Below, piece after piece: positions 8,200 through 12,426 of a stretch of DNA of 12,426 bases; the first letter of the stretch is position 1, and each line of letters begins with the position of its first letter. Made by a program: the position numbers and the translations under genes. The DNA comes from Snowella sp. Its GTDB lineage: Bacteria; Cyanobacteriota; Cyanobacteriia; Cyanobacteriales; Microcystaceae. The stretch spans positions 1 through 12,426 of the forward strand of contig JAYKGY010000042.1 in assembly GCA_035285545.1 (NCBI GenBank), given 5' to 3'. The notes beneath the pieces were generated by a model. That model saw nothing but the letters and a program-made list of their open reading frames with translations, did not search any database and was not told the DNA's origin.

Positions 8200-9564
8200 A
8201 TGACAACCCCCAATTGGCAACAAGGTAGTTTAGTTGAATTAGACATTCATAGTTTAAGTAATAGTGGCGAAGGCATCGGTCGTTTTCAAGATCGAGTCGT
8301 GTTTGTGCCTGATACGGTGACGGGCGATCGCGTTTCGGTGAGGTTAGTCCACGTTAAAAAACAATATGCTCATGGGCAATTGCAAGAAATTTTGAATCCT
8401 TCCCCCCATCGAGTCAGACCCGTTTGTATCGTGGCGGATAAGTGCGGTGGCTGTCAGTGGCAACACGTTGAGGATGAATATCAACAAACCAGTAAACAAC
8501 AACAAATTATCGATGCCCTAGAACGCATTGGCCAATTTACCGAGATTCCCATTGCACCCTTGTTGGCAACGAAAGACACTTTTGAATACCGCAATAAATC
8601 TACCTATCCCCTCGCTCGTTCCAGTACAGGTCAAGTGCAAGCAGGCTATTATCGCCCCCAAACCCATAAATTAATTAACCTCAATCAATGCCCTGTTCAA
8701 GATCCCCGTCTTAATCCCTTGTTAGCCGAAGTTAAACAGGATATTCAAAAACAAGGTTGGTCAATCTATGATGAAACCCAACAACGGGGAAAATTACGCC
8801 ATCTTTCCCTACGAATCGGTCGTCGTACAGGAGAAATTCTGTTAACCTTAGTCAGTGCAAGTCCGAGCTTACCTGGGTTGGAAGAACAAGCCCAAACTTG
8901 GCTAGATCGTTATCCCAATCTGGTGGGCGTGGCGTTGAATCATCAACCTAAATCGGGAAATGCCATTCTAGGGCCCGAAACCCAACTGATTGCAGGACAG
9001 CCCTATTGTCGAGAAATATTTGCAGGGTTAGAATTCCGTTTAGGTTCGGATACGTTCTTTCAAATCAACACGGAAGCAGCAGAACTCCTATTAGAAAAGA
9101 TCCTAGAACAGTTAGATCTACAGGGGTCGGAAAATATTGTTGATGCCTATTCGGGAGTCGGAACCTTTACTTTACCTTTTGCCAAAAAAGTTAAATCGGC
9201 GATCGCGATCGAATCCAATCCCGCCTCTGTTCATCAAGCCCAAGAGAATGCAGAGATCAATCAAATTACTAATATTCAGTTCCTAACGGGCAAAGTTGAA
9301 AACATTTTACCGAGTTTAACTGAGCAAACCGATATCGTTATCCTTGATCCCCCCCGTAAAGGCTGCGATCGCCGAGTCATTGAAACGCTGTGCAACACAA
9401 AACCTGAAACCCTTATTTATATCAGTTGTCAACCCGCAACCCTCGCCCGTGATTTAAATCTGCTTTGCAAAGAAGGAGGTTATCAACTCACCTGGGTACA
9501 AGGAGCCGATTTCTTCCCCCAAACCGCCCATGTGGAATGTGCCGTCCTTCTAAAATTGCTTTAA
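8200..9564 (+). CDS. rlmD: 23S rRNA (uracil-C5)-methyltransferase, RlmD/TrmA family
   Basis: N-terminal TRAM domain, 4Fe-4S motif CIVADKCGGC, FFQIN, SAM-binding DAYSGVG, LDPPRKG, catalytic YISC and DFFPQTAHVE. Confidence 0.93.
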   Translation: MTTPNWQQGSLVELDIHSLSNSGEGIGRFQDRVVFVPDTVTGDRVSVRLVHVKKQYAHGQLQEILNPSPHRVRPVCIVADKCGGCQWQHVEDEYQQTSKQQQIIDALERIGQFTEIPIAPLLATKDTFEYRNKSTYPLARSSTGQVQAGYYRPQTHKLINLNQCPVQDPRLNPLLAEVKQDIQKQGWSIYDETQQRGKLRHLSLRIGRRTGEILLTLVSASPSLPGLEEQAQTWLDRYPNLVGVALNHQPKSGNAILGPETQLIAGQPYCREIFAGLEFRLGSDTFFQINTEAAELLLEKILEQLDLQGSENIVDAYSGVGTFTLPFAKKVKSAIAIESNPASVHQAQENAEINQITNIQFLTGKVENILPSLTEQTDIVILDPPRKGCDRRVIETLCNTKPETLIYISCQPATLARDLNLLCKEGGYQLTWVQGADFFPQTAHVECAVLLKLL

Positions 9565-9691
9565 TGTAACAAAATCGTTATCTTTGGCAATCACCGCTAG
9601 ATTAGGATTCTGGGAGCTTTCTGCCTTTCGTTAGCGAATTCTTCGGCCAATGTCCTCTATCTTTATGCAGATAATTTTCTGAAAGTTTAGT

Positions 9692-9697
9692 TATAAT
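9692..9697 (+). promoter_or_regulatory. Consensus -10 element (TATAAT), predicted TSS near 9704
   Basis: Perfect TATAAT 128 nt after the rlmD stop and just upstream of the first of several stem-loops. Confidence 0.6.
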
Positions 9698-9703
9698 GAA
9701 TTT

Positions 9704-10103
9704 ATTACTCAACCTCACCTAGCCGATACCTGTTGTCTAAGATGGAAATCAGCATTTCTATCCAGCAAGTTAGGTAAAAAAGTAATTTTTTTCCATTCTC
9801 TCCTTTTTTCAGTTTCTATGATGCAGTTACTCCTTGTTCAAGTCGTGGGTTTTCATTAACTGCTGAGGCTTGTTCGTTTATCCCGATGAAGATGACGACG
9901 ACCAGCACCAATAATCAGTTAAACCAGAATTGCAAGAGATACCCAAGGAGCTTTACACCCTATTGAAAGATTTTTTGATCGAGAATTCGACACAATAGTC
10001 AACTATTAATCTGCCATAATTTAGCTTTATAGCGGATATAGAACTGAATATTGTGTATAGCTAAGTATTCTGCCCATTATCTTAATCTAAAGAGGAAAAG
10101 CGT
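9704..10103 (+). ncRNA. Candidate structured 5' leader or ncRNA upstream of pmgA
   Basis: Manually paired stem-loops at 9717-9775, 9848-9925, 9927-9988 and 10021-10064, with many G-U pairs favouring the + strand. The region has no long ORF. Confidence 0.5.
9818..9859 (+). CDS. Candidate leader peptide/uORF MMQLLLVQVVGFH (13 aa)
   Basis: ATG ATG CAG TTA CTC CTT GTT CAA GTC GTG GGT TTT CAT TAA. The last codons overlap the 5' arm of the 9848-9925 stem. There is no SD upstream, only a pyrimidine tract. Confidence 0.3.
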   Translation: MMQLLLVQVVGFH

Positions 10104-10562
10104 GTGATTTCTATTTCACTGCCTGCCCCAAAACGAAATTGGAGTACGCTAAGCTTCAATTCGACGCTTTATCTTTGTCCTGTTCTTGATTTACTGCTAG
10201 CGAATATTCCCTCTGAGTTTCATGATGAAATTCGATTAGGTCTCCAAGAAGCCTTAGTGAATGCCGCTAAACACGGAAATAAGCTTGATCCCAGCAAATC
10301 CGTTTTTGTTAGTTTTTTTATTTCTAAATCTGGTTTTTCTTGGGTAATCTCCGATCAAGGAAATGGTTTTACGCCTCAATGCCATTGCGATGATGATTCC
10401 TGTTTTACCCACGAACTCCCCCCCGAAGAAGCCGAAAGTGGTCGCGGTTTTTGCATCCTTCATCAAGTCTTTGATCAAGTCCATTGGAACGCCAAAGGAA
10501 CCCAACTCCGTTTAAGCAAACATATTAAATCATCCGTTAATCAACAACTCGTCAGTAGCTAA
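10104..10562 (+). CDS. pmgA: PmgA, an RsbW-like anti-sigma factor / HATPase_c regulatory protein
   Basis: 152 aa with GTG start and SD AGAGGA (10091-10096). It has the PmgA-typical STLYLCPVLDLLL, N-box RLGLQEALVNAAKHGN, G1 ISDQGNGF and G2 ESGRG. It lies downstream of rlmD, a synteny I recall from Synechocystis. Confidence 0.85.
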   Translation: MISISLPAPKRNWSTLSFNSTLYLCPVLDLLLANIPSEFHDEIRLGLQEALVNAAKHGNKLDPSKSVFVSFFISKSGFSWVISDQGNGFTPQCHCDDDSCFTHELPPEEAESGRGFCILHQVFDQVHWNAKGTQLRLSKHIKSSVNQQLVSS

Positions 10563-10640
10563 CTCATCGTTTTAATCAAGTTAGCTAGTTTTTAGCTTAT
10601 TTTGGATATAGTTCACTGAACAAGCGCGAGGATATAACTC

Positions 10641-11213
10641 ATGGTTGTTATCACTGAGAAACGCCATACGATCGCTGAATACTTGGAACGAGAACAACAG
10701 GCAGATTATAAAAGTGAATTTATTAATGGATTCATTGTGCCAATGGCAGGTGCAACAGCCAACCATAATATTTTGACGGGTAAATTCCATGCCCGTATTT
10801 TACTCGCGCTAGAAGACTTAAATTATGCCATCTTTATGAGTGATATGCGTCTATGGATACCGCAACAAAATCTCTACACCTATCCTGATGTGATGGTCGT
10901 TGCAGGTCAGGCAAACTTTACGGATAGTAAGCAAACGGCAATTATGAATCCTTGTTTAATTGTTGAAGTTTTATCCAACTCTACCCAAGGTTTTGATCGC
11001 GCTACTAAGTTTAAATATTATCGGGGTATTGCCAGTTTTAAGGAATATGTTTTAATCGATCAAAATAGTTACAGTATAGAACAGTATGTTAAACAAGTTA
11101 GCGGTCAGTGGTTATTAACAGAATATGTTGGAGAAAATGCTATTTTAGCTTTGGAATCGGTCAATTTTCAGATAAGTTTACAGGATTTATACAAGCGAGT
11201 TGTGTTTGAGTAG
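10641..11213 (+). CDS. Uma2 family (DUF820) PD-(D/E)XK endonuclease-like protein
   Basis: 190 aa with EYLERE...KSEFING, MAGATANHN, YTYPDVMVV, LIVEVLSNST, D..TKFKYY and EYVLIDQ motifs. SD GAGGA is upstream. Confidence 0.92.
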   Translation: MVVITEKRHTIAEYLEREQQADYKSEFINGFIVPMAGATANHNILTGKFHARILLALEDLNYAIFMSDMRLWIPQQNLYTYPDVMVVAGQANFTDSKQTAIMNPCLIVEVLSNSTQGFDRATKFKYYRGIASFKEYVLIDQNSYSIEQYVKQVSGQWLLTEYVGENAILALESVNFQISLQDLYKRVVFE

Positions 11214-11371
11214 AGGATTTAGTTCATCAAATTTTATTCATTTTTTGTTTGACTCAGTTAACTTCTTGCCCTAAATTAAATCAATAAGTTAAGGGTAAAA
11301 TGTAACGTATTTTAACCAAGCTTTTTCAAACCTAATCATTAAATTCTTTATTTGACTGAAATAAAATAACA

Positions 11372-11596
11372 ATGTGGAAAGTTAACATTACCTGTGATGG
11401 GCAAGCGTGGAAACAGTCGGGTGCTGAGTTTAAGGCGATGACCCAGAATTATGCCTGTGAACTCATTGTCTCGCAGAAATTACCCGATGAAACCCGTATT
11501 ATGGCTTATAAAATTGAAGATTTAGATGAGGCTGAAACTTTTCAGGAAAACTGTACCAAGTTTGCAGGCTTTACTGCTGATTATGAATCTTTATAG
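11372..11596 (+). CDS. Small hypothetical protein (74 aa)
   Basis: Isolated ORF after an AT-rich gap, co-oriented with its neighbours, with protein-like composition and alternating strand/helix patterning. Confidence 0.75.
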   Translation: MWKVNITCDGQAWKQSGAEFKAMTQNYACELIVSQKLPDETRIMAYKIEDLDEAETFQENCTKFAGFTADYESL

Positions 11597-11720
11597 CCTT
11601 TGAGTTCAGTCAGAGCATTTTGTATGTAGACTGTTGAAGCTATTTTGTTGTTAAAGTCAGCCAGATCGCTCAGGGGTAATTTTTTGGTAGGATAGCGACA
11701 TCAAGAGGGGAAGGTGTGCT

Positions 11721-12426
11721 ATGCCAGATGAACAATCCGCATTGACTAAAACTGAGGTCATTCAGCAACTACAGATCAGTATTGATCAGTTGCAATCGAT
11801 GGTGAACACGTTACAAAATGAATCAGTGGAGCGATTACCTTCTCCCAATGCGGTTAATAATTTAGTGAATACGACCAGTCGTTTAGCGCAATCTTTGTCT
11901 CAGGGCAGTTCAGATTTTTCGTTGGCTGAGGAAGAGGAGATTACAGGGTTAGATCGGCTTTCGCCCAGTTTTAATGGTTTACAAGGCTGGTGGGATGGAA
12001 TTATTCGTGGAATTCGTCGCTTTTTGCCGAATGATGTGAATAATAAGCTCTCTGATTGGGGTTTAACCAGTTTTTTGGCGGGTTTAATTGTGATTATTAT
12101 GATTAGCTCGGTTTTGTTGTTGCCGAATAATCCGCCCGAATTTCCCAGTGAGATCGCCGAAAATTTAATTAAAAATAATGAAATTATTGAAAATCTGACC
12201 CCTGAACCCATTCCCCCTGAAGCGATCGCGACCCCGCCTGAACTCATTGCCCCCAAACCTGCCCAACCCATTGAACTCGAACCGCCCCCCGAACCCATCC
12301 TATCCCCAGAGCAAAGTTTAATTGCAGCAATTCAGCAGGAAATTACGGATTTAACAGGACAGTATCCCGATAGCTTAGTTTTAGCCATTGAACCTAATTT
12401 TTTAGGCAGCCAGTTAACCGTTACCT
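11721..12426 (+). CDS. Hypothetical single-pass membrane protein with Pro-rich linker, truncated by the window end
   Basis: Open frame from ATG 11721 (MPDEQSALTKTEVIQQLQ...) to the window end, 235 codons with no stop. It has an N-terminal coiled region, an amphipathic WWDGIIRGIRRFL segment, a TM segment (GLTSFLAGLIVIIMISSVLLL) and a Pro/Glu-rich linker. A purine-rich SD region lies upstream. It is absent from the supplied ORF track. Confidence 0.85.
   Translation, partial: MPDEQSALTKTEVIQQLQISIDQLQSMVNTLQNESVERLPSPNAVNNLVNTTSRLAQSLSQGSSDFSLAEEEEITGLDRLSPSFNGLQGWWDGIIRGIRRFLPNDVNNKLSDWGLTSFLAGLIVIIMISSVLLLPNNPPEFPSEIAENLIKNNEIIENLTPEPIPPEAIATPPELIAPKPAQPIELEPPPEPILSPEQSLIAAIQQEITDLTGQYPDSLVLAIEPNFLGSQLTVT

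Larger units (their letters stand above)
12..12229. repeat. HIP1 octamer GCGATCGC, dispersed (18 copies counted by eye)
   Basis: Starts at 12, 1250, 2803, 3511, 3519, 3658, 3739, 5143, 5805, 6655, 7071, 7325, 7487, 8161, 8324, 9199, 9365 and 12222. Confidence 0.93.

Noticed and set aside
9770..9805. Antisense mini-ORF MEKNYFFT preceded by AAGGAG
   Set aside because: The SD-to-ATG spacing is only about 3 nt, the ORF has 8 codons, and no minus-strand promoter was identified.
9704..10103. Assignment of the intergenic RNA to 6S, tmRNA, RNase P, SRP or tRNA
   Set aside because: None of their hallmark sequences or overall architectures are recognisable.
10254..10790. Minus-strand ORFs 10254-10505 and 10581-10790
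   Set aside because: They are antisense shadows of pmgA and Uma2.
11302..11315. NtcA-like site GTA-N8-TAA upstream of the 74-aa gene
   Set aside because: The right half deviates from TAC, and such matches are frequent in AT-rich DNA.
11900..12298. 132-aa Gly/Ser-rich minus-strand ORF
   Set aside because: It is the reverse complement of the Pro-rich plus-strand gene starting at 11721.

Overview
Chromosomal window from a cyanobacterium: I counted 18 exact HIP1 octamers (GCGATCGC) by eye, and the LysC, PmgA and Uma2 proteins are cyanobacterial types. Order: 3' end of a probable alaS with a terminator; minus-strand lysC and dapL, separated by an AT-rich two-gene cassette (254-aa helical protein plus PIN-domain nuclease); a divergent znuA-znuC pair preceded by a Zur-like box, separated by a heptamer tandem repeat and lacking an adjacent znuB; a GT2-GtrA fusion glycosyltransferase; rlmD; a 539-bp intergenic region; pmgA; a Uma2 gene; a 74-aa hypothetical; and a membrane protein running off the window end that the ORF track missed. 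The most interesting unexplained element is the rlmD-pmgA gap. It looks like a ~400-nt structured pmgA leader or ncRNA with four stem-loops, a 13-codon uORF whose end overlaps one stem, and anti-SD-like motifs. All calls come from reading the sequence; no searches or folding programs were run.
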